From the NCBI GenBank assembly GCA_048213135.1, contig PS015058.1, positions 120,042 through 184,041 on the forward strand: a DNA stretch of 64,000 nt, read 5' to 3'. Within the stretch, counting starts at the first letter, position 1. Every line of letters starts with the position of its first letter. This document shows positions 37,780-57,200 of the stretch, one piece after another. A program made the position numbers and the translations under genes. Origin of the DNA: Reclinomonas americana ATCC 50394 (Eukaryota). The notes under the pieces were generated by a model. That model was not told the origin of the DNA. It was given only the letters and a program-made list of their open reading frames with translations, and did not search any database.

Positions 37780-38340
37780 GAACTGCCTGCTCCCATGTTG
37801 TTGAGGGCATTGAGTGGTGCCTGTTGCACCCAAGTCGAGCCGGTGCAGGCGCTGGATGCATGTGGAAGGCGGACGATGTGCTATGCAGCTCGTGGAATGC
37901 GATCTGGAGCAGGTTGTGCTTGGCAAACACCTTGCGAAGTGGAGACGGAAGGCAGAGAGGCTATGTGCTTGTGCTTGGCAAGCAGCTCGTGGGCATCGAA
38001 GTGGCGCACGTGGGAGGCTGGGAGACGATGTGCTTTTGCTCGACAAGCACCTTGCGGACTGCGAAGGCAAGCAGGTGGAAGGCAACCGCATTGCTTGTGC
38101 TCGTCTGCCCGGTGCAACGTGAACTGGGTAGTGGAGCAGGTGACGCTGTAATAGGGCTCGTGCTTGCCCACCAAGCATCCCGTGAACTGCGAAGGCAAGT
38201 AGGTGGGAGGCTGGAGACTATGTGTTTGTGCTCGACAGGCACCTTGCGGACTGCGAAGTGGAGGAGACGAACGTGTGCTTGGCAAGCAGCTCGTGGGCAC
38301 CAAAGTGGACCAGGTCATGTGCAGCCTGGTAGGTACTGGA
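37780..38340. repeat. Degenerate, rearranged intergenic repeat cluster
   Basis: gtgcttggcaagcagctcgtgggca (~37971, ~38275), gcaccttgcggactgcgaag (~38048, ~38239) and gggaggctgg(g)agac (~38012, ~38204) each recur. No sustained ORF. Confidence 0.7.
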
Positions 38341-38612
38341 TGAAAGTAGAATGCTCGACGACTGCAGTGCTCGTGGACACCGACGCTTATGCTTGGTTTT
38401 GATAGAACTTCGTCCGCCAGTCATCGCAGCGCCACGTTCGCAACTAACACGCACGTACGCACACATACCCCGCCAACAAACGCAGCTCTTAACAACGTGG
38501 CAATATTCAACGTAAATCCCACACACTAACGCGCGGTCCTGCTCCTTCACACTCTCTTCCTTTCGTCGTGCAAGCATGGACCCTCTGGTGCGCCACTCAC
38601 TCACTCACACAC

Positions 38613-38689
<77 letters not shown>

Positions 38690-39677
38690 NNNNNNNNNNN
38701 NNNNNNNNNNNNNNNNNNNNNNNNNNNNNNNNNNNNNNNNNNNNNNNNNNNNNNNNNNNNNNNNNNNNNNNNNNNNNNNNNNNNNNNNNNNNNNNNNNNN
38801 NNNNNNNNNNNNNNNNNNNNNNNNNNNNNNNNNNNNNNNNNNNNNNNNNNNNNNNNNNNNNNNNNNNNNNNNNNNNNNNNNNNNNNNNNNNNNNNNNNNN
38901 NNNNNNNNNNNNNNNNNNNNNNNNNNNNNNNNNNNNNNNNNNNNNNNNNNNNNNNNNNNNNNNNNNNNNNNNNNNNNNNNNNNNNNNNNNNNNNNNNNNN
39001 NNNNNNNNNNNNNNNNNNNNNNNNNNNNNNNNNNNNNNNNNNNNNNNNNNNNNNNNNNNNNNNNNNNNNNNNNNNNNNNNNNNNNNNNNNNNNNNNNNNN
39101 NNNNNNNNNNNNNNNNNNNNNNNNNNNNNNNNNNNNNNNNNNNNNNNNNNNNNNNNNNNNNNNNNNNNNNNNNNNNNNNNNNNNNNNNNNNNNNNNNNNN
39201 NNNNNNNNNNNNNNNNNNNNNNNNNNNNNNNNNNNNNNNNNNNNNNNNNNNNNNNNNNNNNNNNNNNNNNNNNNNNNNNNNNNNNNNNNNNNNNNNNNNN
39301 NNNNNNNNNNNNNNNNNNNNNNNNNNNNACACGCACGCACGACAAGATGTCTAACTTTTCTCTCTCCCTCCGTGTGTTTGGTGTGTATATGTGCGTGTGT
39401 GTGTATGCGTGTGTGTGTGTGTGTGTGTGTACTGTGTGTGTGCATGCGTGTGTGTGTGTGCGTGTATGTGCAGCCCGACCCCTCCCCCGTCATCGCCCCC
39501 ACCTCCACCCTCTCCGTCTGTGCCCTGTCGACCACAGGCACAGTCACCGACACCTTCCTCAGTGTCGACGACTGCGGTGGCTGGCTGTGTTAACACACTC
39601 ACACACAAGAAAGAGAGAGAGAGAGAGTCGCTTCTCCCTCACCTAACCCCCTTCCAATGAACCACTCATTCATTCAT

Positions 39678-40975
39678 TCATTGCATGTCCCCTCTCGGCG
39701 CCACCGCCGGCCCACTCAGCGTCCGCCTTCTCTTCGCGTTCTTCCCGCCCATCGCCGAGTTCTCACTCTGCCACAACAGCAGATTGTGCACGTGACGCAG
39801 GTGGTTCTGGTGATTGCGAATCTCCGACATTTTCATGTCGCGTTCCACCTCCAGCCGCCGCTTCAGCTTCTCCACGTACTGCCGCAGCTCCGGCTGCTTG
39901 AAGTCGTGTAGCATGCTGCGCGTGCGAGCCTCCCGCGCGGTGTTGGGCGACGGGAGCGCGGTATTGGTGTACTCGCCGATAAACTCGGCGCCGGTTTCTG
40001 TACAAATGTCGGGCACGATGAAGCGGATGCCGCGGGCGCGTGGGCCTGGGCTGGAGGGGCGACGTGGCGTGGAGATCAGCTCGACTTGCTTGCATAGGCG
40101 GCGACGTGGAGGAGCGCGCGCTGATGTGCTGCCATCGCCTGCGTCGCACGAGTCGCCGGGTGGCGGCACCGGCTGCTGCTGCGATGATGCGCCTGCCTGC
40201 TGTGCGTCTCTGGCCGAGTGGTAGCCACTGTCGGCCACCGTGTATCGTCGATGTCCGCGTGGTCGATCGGTCTCCGGAGCTCCCTTGTCGCTCAGCAGCT
40301 GCTGCCAGCTGCCGGCCACCGAGTACACATTCTCGGCCAGATCGACCGCGGCGGCAGTCGTCACCGCCACCGCCACTCCCACTGTGCGCAAATGGCGCAG
40401 ATCCAAGTTGGGCAGGATCACCGATGGTCGCGATCCCTTGCTCTCTGACGCAGAAGGCGGAGGAGGAGGCGGAGGCGGTGATGGTGGCGAATCGTTGTCG
40501 GTGTGCGTTGGCGTCGGAGGCTGCGCGCCAGCCACGCTCGGCAGCTTCGGCGTCCGCGAGCTCGACAGATCGGCAGTCGGTACACCCAGTCTATTCACGC
40601 AGTTGAGGAATGAGAGAAGTCGGCGACTTGAGGAAGAAGAGGTGGGCGGACGCAACAGTTGCAACATTCGCGGTGTCGGTCTCAGATCCTCACTTGTCGG
40701 CAACGAACCGGAAGCGGGGCGATACGGCTCCCACGGGCGCACATTGATAGGCGCTCCCTGATAATTCCGCCCATCACGAACCACCGTCTCGGCAAACTAC
40801 AAACCAACCACCATTGAATCAGAGTGCGTTGTTCCCGTATTGCTGTGTTTGATTGGTGGTACAGTACGAAACTCTTCGTGTGACCCCGAACGCGCCTCCT
40901 CCGTCCATGCGAAAGTCGCGCAGCATGTACTCTTTGGTGAACTCCTCCTGGAACACTTCCCGCGCCACCGGCATC
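39678..40975 (-). CDS. Protein of unknown function: Pro/Ser-rich middle, C-terminal coiled coil and basic NLS-like tail
   Basis: Exon MPVAREVFQEEFTKEYMLRDFRMDGGGAFGVTRR splices through an A|GTTTCGT donor to FAETVVRDG…, open to 39678 (…LRQYVEKLKRRLEVERD…KNAKRRRTLSG). The start may lie further upstream. Confidence 0.6.
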
Positions 40976-41234
40976 TCCAATCTGTAGAAAAGAGAGAGGC
41001 ACGCGTCGACCAATTAGATAATATATGAGAGTGTGAGAGAGAGAGAAATAGTAAAACCCACAGTTGCGCGGCGGAGGACGACTGCGGCGCGGTCATCTCG
41101 CTCTGTGTGTGTGTAGTGTGCGTGCAATGTGACCAAATCTGTAGACTGTTCTTTTCTCGACCGACGGTTGAAAGGGACGCTGGACAGCGACAGGACGCGT
41201 GGTGAACGTCGACGTCGACAACAAAAAGAGAGAA

Positions 41235-43154
<1,920 letters not shown>

Positions 43155-43208
43155 GAAGATACACCAGTAGTTCTTTACAATCGTGTGTGTTGTTTTATTA
43201 TCTTCCAT

Positions 43209-44038
43209 TTACCACACGGTGAGCGGAGTCAGTGTCCACCACTGATCCCACCACTGTTGAGAGATGAGGCCGCCGCCGCATAACACTTGCGAGGCGAGTG
43301 AGGCAGCGGGCGACACGCAGTCGGGTGGCAGGCACAGTGCCACGGCGACGGTGGTTAGCAGTGCCAGGGGCACCAGCACGGCGGCTGTGCGACTCCATCG
43401 CACTGCGGATTATGTGTCAGTCTTCATCATCATCTTTCTCTTCCTCAATCAAGCGACGTACCAAGACCCGAGAAGAACCACCAACAGCTGAGCGCGGCAC
43501 TCCACACCACCAGCACTCGTGAGCCGCGCAGCATGGCGAACACGCACCACAACAGCGATAACCGATGTGGGCTCTGTTCGGCCGTCAGTGTGTACCATGT
43601 GTGTGCCACCACCTGCGTGTGTGCGCTGTGTCAGTCGCGGGGAGGGACAGAGAGAGTCACAAGAAGGAAAAGAGAAGCGCTCGAAGCTCTCTCTCGTCCA
43701 GGGCCTCACAAAATCGCCGAGGCAGTGCAATGAGTCTCTCTATTTCTTCTCTCTCGCGTAAGAAGCTCACGAGAACGCTGAGGTTCTCTCTTCTGCAGCG
43801 CCACGGGACTCCTGTGTTTCTTCAATCATTCCCACAACTCCTCTGTTCTTCCCGTTCCTATCTGCCTCCGCCACACTCGTCTTTCTCCATCTATCTCGTC
43901 TCTCTCGTTATACTTTGCACTTGTCACCATCCTCCTGATGGTATTCACTTCTTTGCAACCGCAAGCCATTTTAACTCATACTTCAGCCTCTTTTCATGAG
44001 ACCCTGCTCTGTGCAGACATCCTTTCTTCCCCTCCGGT

Positions 44039-44083
<45 letters not shown>

Positions 44084-47000
44084 TGTGCGGCTGTGTCCAC
44101 GACCATCCGCCTCTCACCCGCCTCTCTTCCCATCTACCTCCTTCGCCCCTTCCCTTCCCCTTCACCCCCTTCCCCTCACTCCTCACCACAATGATGAGGT
44201 ACACGGAGGCCACCGACGCACGCTCCTCCGACGCGGCGAAATGAATCGAGGCAATCAGCAGATACACCACCGCAAACAGGCTGCTGGCAAACGGCTCAAA
44301 GTAGTGCACCGCCATGGAGACGAGGCCTGCCAGCGGCGCGACATTGAGGGAAAACAAGGATGGTGAAGAGGCACCAACGCGAAACGCACCACGCATGCCA
44401 CCCAGACTGAGGGTGCACAGGGCCACGCCCAGCGTCGACACAAGAATGCCCAGCTGCCGCTCCAACGCCAGCACGGCGGCCGGCAAGTACGATTCGAGGG
44501 AGACCACCGGCAATTGATCTGCGAAAATCGAGTGAGGGAAACCATCTGAAAAACCCTCTTTGGTGCCCATCCTCACCAATATCCAACAACTCCTGCAGGT
44601 GGCGGAGAATGGGAACAAACACATTCTCCTCCGGATCCAGGAGGACGCGCGTGGTGGTGAGGATGATGCTCAGGAGCACCAACTGTGCGTTACAAGGATC
44701 AGTTTCCTTGCGGTTTCCACACACACACACCCTCCCTCCCGCTCACGCAACTCGCAAGAAATGCTGTCCACGGGCCGATGTGAGCGCCGCCGTGGCTACC
44801 GTGGTTACCAACAGCGCATGTGCGAACAGACGCGACAGTGGGCAATTGCGGTAGCCGATGACACCGGCACCCATCGTAATCACGATCATGATGAAGAGGT
44901 AACCGGCGCCCGGACCTGCACCAACATTTTGAGTGACATGGAGAAGAGAAATGCTTCGTCATCACCCACCGCCTCGTGATGCCTGCTGCAAGTAGCACAT
45001 GCCGAGTGCGGTGCCTGAGAGCACAGCCAACAATTGGAATGTCTCGGTTGTCGTACACACGAGATAGATCTGCAGTGCGCAAGGATGGTGAGCGCGCATC
45101 CACCGCAGCTGAATCGGACAGGAGGAAAGGCACGCAACCAGGGCACACATGGTGGCAAACACGTAGAACTGTGGACACAACATGGTGAGAATCCGCCTCT
45201 CCCATTCCGCATACAAACATCTCACCTCGGGCGTGGTCGGCTCGAGTGCCACATGCAGTGCGCTGGCCTTGGTCTTTTTGCCTTTTTCTTGCGCCAAATT
45301 GCGACTCCAGTTGTACGCGAACTTCATCGGCACAAAGAGTCCGCCCGGCACTGGTGGCGAGGGAGGCGCGTGGTGTCGTTGATGTGGTGGTAGTGGCGGA
45401 ATGGGCGGGTGTACAACAGCAATTGGCACGGCTTGCTGTTGCACCGGCGCGTCATCTTGCACCACTCGTGCGCCTTCGCCTCCGTCCGCATGCACGGGTG
45501 CGTGTAATTGCGCAGCCGCACTGCCATCCAGTTGAGTCAGCAAGGAAAGTTGGTGCAAAGAGAGAGAGCGAGAGAGTTGGAGAGAGAGAGAGACGAAACT
45601 GTCGGTCCGGGTGCGTGGCCAGGATCGGATACTTGCTGCGCAGTGCGAGGCGCAACTCGTGTAACCTCCGGAAGGGACTCTGCGCACACGTCGATGAGAG
45701 GACACACTGTTGTACACATGGAGCATCGAGGAGGAAAACACACCGACTCGACCCAGGGCAAGTGAAAGTTCGAATGGATGAGTGACCAGAACGAGTACGG
45801 GGTGCGACGGCAGGCCAGCTGGAAGAAGCCGACTATGCAGCAGAAGCACGCCATCGGGTAAAAGCTCTCAAAGAGCCACAGGGTTGAATTCGGCGCCCAC
45901 GGTACCCGGCCGGTCATGGCGCCGCCAAAGTACACCATCAGCAGCACCGTGCCACACAGAGCCGGGAACACACCAAGCACCGATAATCTCAGCGTTGGTC
46001 TCTTGGTCAGGATGAGGACCAGGCACCCTGTACGAACATGCAAGTCATGAGCAACACAGGTGAATGAAAGATACACAAGAACAATCCTATCCGCAACAGT
46101 TGAAGTAGAACACGACAGTTCCGCCAACGCACAGGTACCGATCGAGGTTCGGGTACGGCAAGATGAACAGCCAGAATGAGGCCACGGCCACGGCTCCTTC
46201 AAACACACGCAGAAGCACGACCTTGCCGTACGCCATGAATGGACTGGATTGGGAAGGGGAATGAGCGCAGAGTACGGACAAGGTGTACCGCGCGCACGCA
46301 ACATTTCATGCGGCAAGTACGCCGACGTCACCATGGCCATGATGTGGACGTAGGGCGCCATTAGCGTTGACACGCCAGTAATGATGTTGGAGTAGACCAG
46401 CGTCTCGGCGAAATGCTGCGCTTGGTAGGCACGGTGTTCGTTGACCACCAGCCGACCGTGGCTGACGTGCAGTGGACATGTGCGCGACACATCCCAGAAA
46501 TCCACCTCTGCCATCACGCGTGTGAGAACACAGCTCACAACAGAGTGCGCGATACAAAACGTACCCTCGATTGGAGAGCACGAGTGTTGCAGGTGGAGGG
46601 CGTGATAGACATCGTCGGCCGGTCGCAGATAGTCGTAGAAGAACCAGTAGGTCATGCGCATCAGCGAAGGCATGCGAGCCAACGCGTACGCGACAGGCAG
46701 CAAGGTGGCCACCGACTGCACAGAGAGACGAGTCAGAAAAAACGCACACACTCCCACCCACGCATTTTGCCACCCGACATACCCGTCGCAAAAAGTCATG
46801 CCCAATGTACACGTATGGACCCCAGCGCGGGCGACGCAGGAGGCGAATGCAGGCCGAGGCGCAGAGGCGAAACGCCGACGGCAGGGCGTGGAACAGCAGC
46901 GAGGTGATGCACACCAGCAGGATCCACACGAGAAGGCTGGCAATCGGCGGCACCACATCCGGCAGCAGACGCACCAACACAATCACGGTGGTGCCGCCGG

Positions 47001-49056
47001 TGGCCCAGCGATAGAAAAAGTCGTTCCAGAGCATGCCCGGCTTGACGAGTGCCAGTAGAATGAGCAAGCAGCCGCCGGTGGTAAGTGGAAAGGCCAGTGG
47101 GAACTCGGCGCGCAGCACGGGGAACAGACAGCGCGGTGCATCCAGCACGCCAAACAGCAAGACGCCAATCAGGCATCCCCAGTAGACCGTGGTACGTTGC
47201 GCCGGCCGACAGGCACCCGACCAGTACACTGGTGGTGTGAGCACGGCCACCAGTGCACAAGCAAAGCGCACACCCAACGACAACGACTGCGCATGCGCAA
47301 ACGCCATGGCCGGCACAACCCCGGCCGCCACCGCCGCCCAGTGACACAACGTGCGGAATCGATGCCGCAGGCTGAGCGCAACCAGGGCCGCCAGTGCCAG
47401 TGACACCCATAACGAATACGACGAGGTGTCGAGGCCGACCAAGCCGCGCGCAATCACTCCATCGACAGCCGCCACTGCACCAATCCCAGCCGTCACTTCC
47501 GTCGGCGTCGCCGGCGATTCCGTGGAGGAGAAAAAGGAGAAGGAGGCTGGAAACCATGGCACTGAGGACTCAATCAGCTGCCACAGACGCCATCCGATTA
47601 GCAAGCCCAGTGCACTGATTGCTCCCGCTCGCGTCATTACAAATTGCACAGGAAGCAACGAGGCCACTGTGTGAGGTCAACACAAGAGATGAGAGCACTG
47701 TGTGTGAGAGGTGAGAGACAGGTGAGAGAGAACTTACCAACGATAGTCGTGGCCAGACTGAGCACAGGCGAGGCGCACGTGCTCACAGTGGTGTACAGGG
47801 TGAGGGCGCACACCAATACGGAGCGGATGGAGGCGAATCGCGGGTGGAGTGCGGATAGCACGACGTTCTGCGAAGGGCAAGGACAGGGAAGGGGGGAGTG
47901 AGAGGGGGAGAGAGGGGGAGAGAGGGGGAAAGGGGGAAAGAAGGGGAGAGAAGGGATGAGAGATGAGAGAGAAGGAGAGTGAGAAGGAGAGTGAGAGAGG
48001 AGGAGTGAGAAGGGTTGAGTAGGAGAGAGAGAGAGAGAGAGAGAGGAGGAGTGAGTAAGGAAGAATGAGAAGGAGGATGTGAGAGTACAAGCGAGAGAGG
48101 AAGAGAGAGAGAGGAATAGTGAGAGCAGGAGCGAGAGAGAGGAGGAGTGTGAGAAGGAGAGTGAGGGAGGAAGGGTGAGAGGGGAAGAGTGAGACAAGAA
48201 GAGCGAGAGGAGAGTGAGATAGGAGAGTGAGAGAGTGAGAGAGGGAGAGAGGGAGAGCGAGAAAAGGACAGAGAGAGGATGGGAGATAGGGGGAGGTAGG
48301 AAGAAGAGTGAAAGACGAAGAGAGAGAGATAGAAAAAGAGAGAAATAGAAAAGAAGAGTGAGAGAGGAAGAGTGAGAAAGGAGAGTGTGTAAGAGTGAGA
48401 GAGGGAGAGTGAGAGAAGGACAGGGAGAGTGAGAGAGGAAGGGTGAGAGAGGAGGAGTGAAAGGGGAAGAGAGCAGAAGAATGAAAGAAGAATAGTCAAG
48501 GGTCAAGGGGTCAAGGGAGTGAGAGCGGAAGAGTGAGAGGAGAGTGAGAAAGGAGTGAGAGAGAAAGAGCGAGAGTGGAAGGGCGAGGAAGAGTGAAAGA
48601 GGAAGAGTGAGCGAGGAAGAGTGAGATAAGGAGAGAGAGAAGGAGGCGAGAGAGGACAGAGAGAGTGAGAGAGAGAGAGAGAGTGAAGAGAAGGACAGAG
48701 AGAAAAGGAAAGGGAGAAGGAGAGGAGAGAGGTGGAGTGAAAGAGGAGGAGTGAAAGAGGAAGAGAGCAGGAGAATGAAAGAAGGAGAGTGAGAGTGGAA
48801 GAGTGAGAGGAAGAGTGAGAGGAGAGTGAGAGGAGAGTGAGAGAGGGAGAGAAGGAGAGGGAGAGAAGGAGAGGGAGAGAAGGAAGGGAGAGAGGGAGAG
48901 AGACCTGCCTGTCTGTGCGTCTCTGTTTCTCTCTCTCTCTCTCCCTCCCTCTCTCTCCCCCCTCCTTCTTCTCTCTCTCTATGTGTGTGCGTGCGTCGTC
49001 ATCTCTCTCTCTGTGCCAGCTGCCGATGTACGTCGTTTCCTTCCTCTCCTCCCTCC

Positions 49057-49090
<34 letters not shown>

Positions 49091-49476
49091 CGTGCGCGCA
49101 ACTGCAAGGGCAAGCTCAGTGAAGACGAGTGTGGCACGCCAGAGTCCGTGCGGAGAGCGCAAAAGCGCAGTGAGCACACCGCACGCGTCAAGCAAGAGAA
49201 GTGTGGCAAGTAAGCCCGCGCAGAGCACACTGCGTGTGAGTGTGTGAGAGTGAGTGACATAGAGAGTGAGAGTGTGTGTGAGCGCGCGCGCAACGTGTTT
49301 CGTGTGTCGTGTGTGCACAATCCATGCCACACACTCTTGGCAAGGCGAGCGAGTGAGCGGGTGCCTCTTCTGGCGTCCTCTTCACTGCGCTGCATGCGCC
49401 TCTCACTCAACTCTCTTTTTATGTCTGTTTTTGGTGGTGAGAAAATCGCCTGCGAATATTCGCCAGACTCATCCAT
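43209..49476 (-). CDS. Large polytopic membrane protein of unknown function
   Basis: Start MDESGEYSQ…, followed by many in-frame hydrophobic exons (e.g. AISALGLLIGWRLWQ, YWGCLIGVLLFGVLD, LLVWILLVCITSLLFH). The product ends …WWTLTPLTVW*. Confidence 0.7.
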
Positions 49477-49544
49477 CGTTTCATTTCCCCCAATGCCTGC
49501 CACGTTGCTCTCTTTGTTCCCGTCTCCCGCGTCCCGTCTCTCTC

Positions 49545-53085
<3,541 letters not shown>

Positions 53086-53109
53086 TGAAAGGAGGTGATT
53101 AGATTTGGT

Positions 53110-54110
53110 GGTTCAACCGATCGACCGATTTGCTCATTCGTGCTGTACTTTGTGAGGCACATTGCAAGGGTTGCAAGAGGGCTTGTCTTGCGCTCTCTTT
53201 TCTATCACGTAGGCGAGATGATGTCCTCCGGATAGCCAGCAGCAGTTTATTTTCTGCGCACGTGGATGAGGAGGAGCGATCATCGAGAAATCGTGCATTT
53301 TGGAAGGACATTGTGCAATTAGTCATCATTTTGTGAGGCATGTTGAAAGGACTGTGAAAAGGCTTGTCTTGCGCTCTCTTCTTTGTCAGGTAGGTGAGAG
53401 GGTGTCCTCCGGATAAACATCAGCAGTTTATTTTCTGTGCTCGTGGATGACGAGGAGCGACCGTCGCGAAATCGTGCATTTTGTGATTGATTGCTTGTTT
53501 TGTAAGACACACAAAAAGGGCCGGAAAGGGGCTTGTCTTGCGCTCTCTTTTCCACCGTGTAGGCGAGGTGTTGCCCTCCAGATAGCCATCAGCAGTTCAT
53601 TTTCTGCGCAAGCGGATGACGAGGGGCGATCGTCGCGAAATCGTGCATTTTGTGATTGATCCGGATCCGTCGTTGTGTGAGACACACAGCATGGGTTATG
53701 AAGGGGCTTGTCTTGCGCTTTCTTCACTTCCTGGCAGGTGACACGTTAGCCTCCGGACGATCATCACTCGTTTGCTTTCCACGCAAGCCGACGAGGATAT
53801 GTGGTCTTCAGTAATTGATTGGTCATCATTTTGCGAGGCGCATTGCAGAAGTTGTAAGAGGGCTCGTGTTGCGCTCTCTTTTGTATCATGTAGATGAGAC
53901 ATTGCTCTCCGGATAGCCATCAGCAGTTTGTTTTCTGCGCAAGTGGATGACGAGGTGTGACCACTGCGAAATCGATATCGTGCATTTGAGACAGATTGGT
54001 CATTTTGTGCGCCGCACAGCAAGTGCTGTATAGCGGCTTTTCTCGCGCTCTTTTCTCCACCGTGTAGACGACAAGCTGCTCTCCGGACTATCATCACTCG
54101 TTTGTTTCCA
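53110..54110. repeat. Degenerate tandem array (~6 units of ~150-180 bp) between the divergent RPN7 and RAD21 starts
   Basis: Recurring blocks gcttgtcttgcgctctcttt, ctccggatagccatcagcagttt and gcgaaatcgtgcatttt, with units starting near 53149, 53329, 53499, 53680, 53830 and 54003. Confidence 0.85.
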
Positions 54111-54217
54111 ACACGCGTGGCCGACTTGCTACGAATCCACGCGCCCATTCCATCGGTCCGCACTACGTCGACATCGACCTCCAATCGAATTTCGTGTGAA
54201 CTTGGCACGCGCACACG

Positions 54218-57200
54218 ATGTTCTTCTCGTCGAACGTGCTGACCAAATCGGTGAGCCACACACCAACACAACAAACACACAAACACACAAACACATGTGT
54301 CGAAAGTCACCACGAGCTTCCCGCGCTTTTAAAGGAAACTGGCACTCTCACTCTCACACTTCTCTCACTCAGGGTCCTCTTGGTGTTGTGTGGCAAGCAG
54401 GTGCGCCTTTCTCTCACACACACTCTCTTACACTCTCACTCACTCACATTTTTTCGGCACTTTGATGATGAGCAGCACACGATCTGAAAAAGCTGAAAAA
54501 GAGCGAGATCTTGCACACGTCGATTGAGGAGTCGTGCAGTTGCGTGAATTATGAGAGAGTGTGAGTGTGTGAGAGAGAGTGTGTGTGTGCTGATTGTTGT
54601 TGAAATTTGTAAAGGGAATGTGTCGGAGCCGAAAGTGCAACTGGCGCTGCGCACGTCGGGCCATCTCTTGTATGGCATTGTGCGCATCTACTATCGCAAG
54701 GTTAACCCTCCATTGAGCGCGTGTGTGATTTGGGATTGCGTTGTGAGTCTGACTCTCATCATCTCTCCGTCTCTCTCTTCCCATTCCTCTTCCTTCTTCT
54801 TCTCCTGCTTCTCCTTGTTCTTGTTCTTCTTGTTGTTCTTCTTCTTCTTTAACATCTCCTTCCATCTCCCTCTTCTTCTTCTTCTTCTTCTTATTCTCCT
54901 CTCCTTTTTCTTCTTCTTCTTCTTCTCCTTCTCCTCCTCATTCTCTTCTCCTGCTTCTTCTTCTTCTTCTTGTTCTTGTACTTCTTTATCTCGTTCTATC
55001 TCCTTCTTCCTCGTCCTCTCTCCCTCCCTCCTTCCTCCTCTCTCCCTCCACTTTCCATCTCTCTCCCTACTCTCGTTCTTCTCCTTCTTTGCGTCCACCT
55101 CTTTCCACTCCTTCCCCTTCTCCTTATTCATCTTGTTGTTCTTCTTGTTCTTTTTATTCTTCTTCTTGGTCTTCCTTCTTCTTCCCCTTCTCCCTCTTCC
55201 TCTCCTTCTTCTTCATCCTCCTCTTCTCCTTCTTGTTCTTCTCGCTCTCTCTCTTCCGTCTCCGTTTCCCTGTTCCCTCTCCGTCTTCCTCCTCCCATCT
55301 CCTCCTCGCTGTTGCTCTTGTTCTCTCCTTCTCCCACTCCTCGCCTTCCCTCCCTCTTTCTCCTCTCTCCTCCTCCTCCTCCTCCTCCTCCTCCTCCTCC
55401 TCCTCCTCCTCTTCTTCTTCTTCTTCTTCCTCCCCCTCCTCCCCCTCCTCAGGCGGAACTCCTGCTGGGCGACTGCACGGATGCCCGCGCACGCATCAGC
55501 ATCACGGCCATGAGCGCTGCGCAGGCGGTGGAGCGCATGGCGGCGCCGGTGGCCTCGACGGCCGCCATCACCCTGCCCGAGGTGCACCATGCGTCGCAGC
55601 TCGGAGGATCGGGAGCGGGTGCGGGTGTGGGATTGGACTATGGTGATATGTTTTTGCCCCTCGGCGATCTGGATGAGCTGCCGGAACTCGAGGGAGAACC
55701 CATGATTACGTTTTCGCTGGGCAGCAGTCAGCAGCAGTCGCAGCAGCAACCACCCGATGTCAGTTGCGGAGCAAGAGGGGATGATGGGGGAAGGGAGGGC
55801 GAATGGGGAAGGGAGGGATTTGGAGAGAGAGGAGAGGGAGAGGGAGAGAGAAGGGATAAATAGGAGCGACAAAGTGAGAGATTGAGAACTCGCTGTGAAA
55901 TGCGTTGACGAAGTGTGGGCATATCTCATTCGCGCGCGCTCTTTCTCCCTTTGCTCGATACTCTAAAAATGGGCAGTGAGTCGACAGGGACAGGAGCGAG
56001 GAAATGAGAGTGAGAGAGAGAGAGGAGGATCCAGGTCGCCGCCTCGTTCATTCTTTTCGTCTCATACCCTTGTCTTCTTCTATCCGTCTCGCTCGTGACA
56101 CAGTAATCGTGCCCTGTTGTCTGCCTTCCTCCTTCCTCCCAGCCTTCACAATAGCGCGCACGCACTAGTTTGGAGGATTGCATCCGCTCCCTCTCTCTCT
56201 CTCTCGTTCACTTACTTCTTCGGTCTCTCTGTCTCTCAATGTATATTGCGCGCTTGAGACAAGTGCACTGTCTGCTGCCTTCATATTTTCCTCGCAGCCT
56301 TCGGAGAGACACATACACAGAGAGACGAGGGTCCAGGTGTCGCGCCCGCTCCTGCTCGCTGTCTATCTCTCGCAACCAATCTTGCGCATTGGAAACCAGC
56401 TCCCTATGCGCTCGCCTCCTTTTCTCAGCCTTCGCTGGGACATACACTTTCAGAGCTCATATTCTGCCCTCTCCACTCACCTCTTTGGCCCCTAACACTC
56501 GCCACCACAGCCCCGGTCCGCCGTGGTCAAGATGTCGAGCACGTCCGTCTGGCATTCGACGAGGAGGAGGAAGAGGAGATGGCGGAGCCGGAGAAAATGC
56601 GTGGGGAGATCGAAGGCGACGCGGTGGCGGGGAGGGACGACGGCGATTGTTGCGTCTCTTATCTCGTTTATTCGAGTGATTCCCGCATTACCACGACCCC
56701 CTTTCCACTTTCCCCATTCCACTTCCTCTTTCCACTTCCCACTCTGCCACTTTCCCTTCTCACTTCTCCCATTTCCACTCGCCATATTCCGCTTCCCTTT
56801 TCCACTTACCTCTTTCACTGCCCCCAATTCCACATCCACCATTCCACTTCCCCCTTGCCACTTCCCCCTTCCCCCCTTCTCACTTTCCCCCTTTCCCCTT
56901 TGCCCCCCCTTCCACTTCCCCTTCCCCCCTTCCACCTCACACTCCTTCGCGCAGTCTACTTTGAGGCTGGCTACGGAGTCGAGCTGGACAACTACGATCG
57001 GGAGCAACCACCATCCCCGACCATCAAGTCTATTGTCAGCCACGAGAGCGGGTTCGTCTCTCCGTGTGCGTGGAGATGAGAGCCGCCTTGGTTAACAACT
57101 CATCCCCGTTGCAGGGAAGAGCACGTGTTGGGCCAGTCTCGCCAGAGCATCGGCGGCGTGTCGGTGCCGGAGATTTCCGGTTTGTGCCACTCCACCTTGT

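Noticed and set aside
53110-54110. CRISPR-like array
   Set aside because: The whole units are diverged copies with no constant repeat and unique spacer structure; eukaryotic context and no cas genes.
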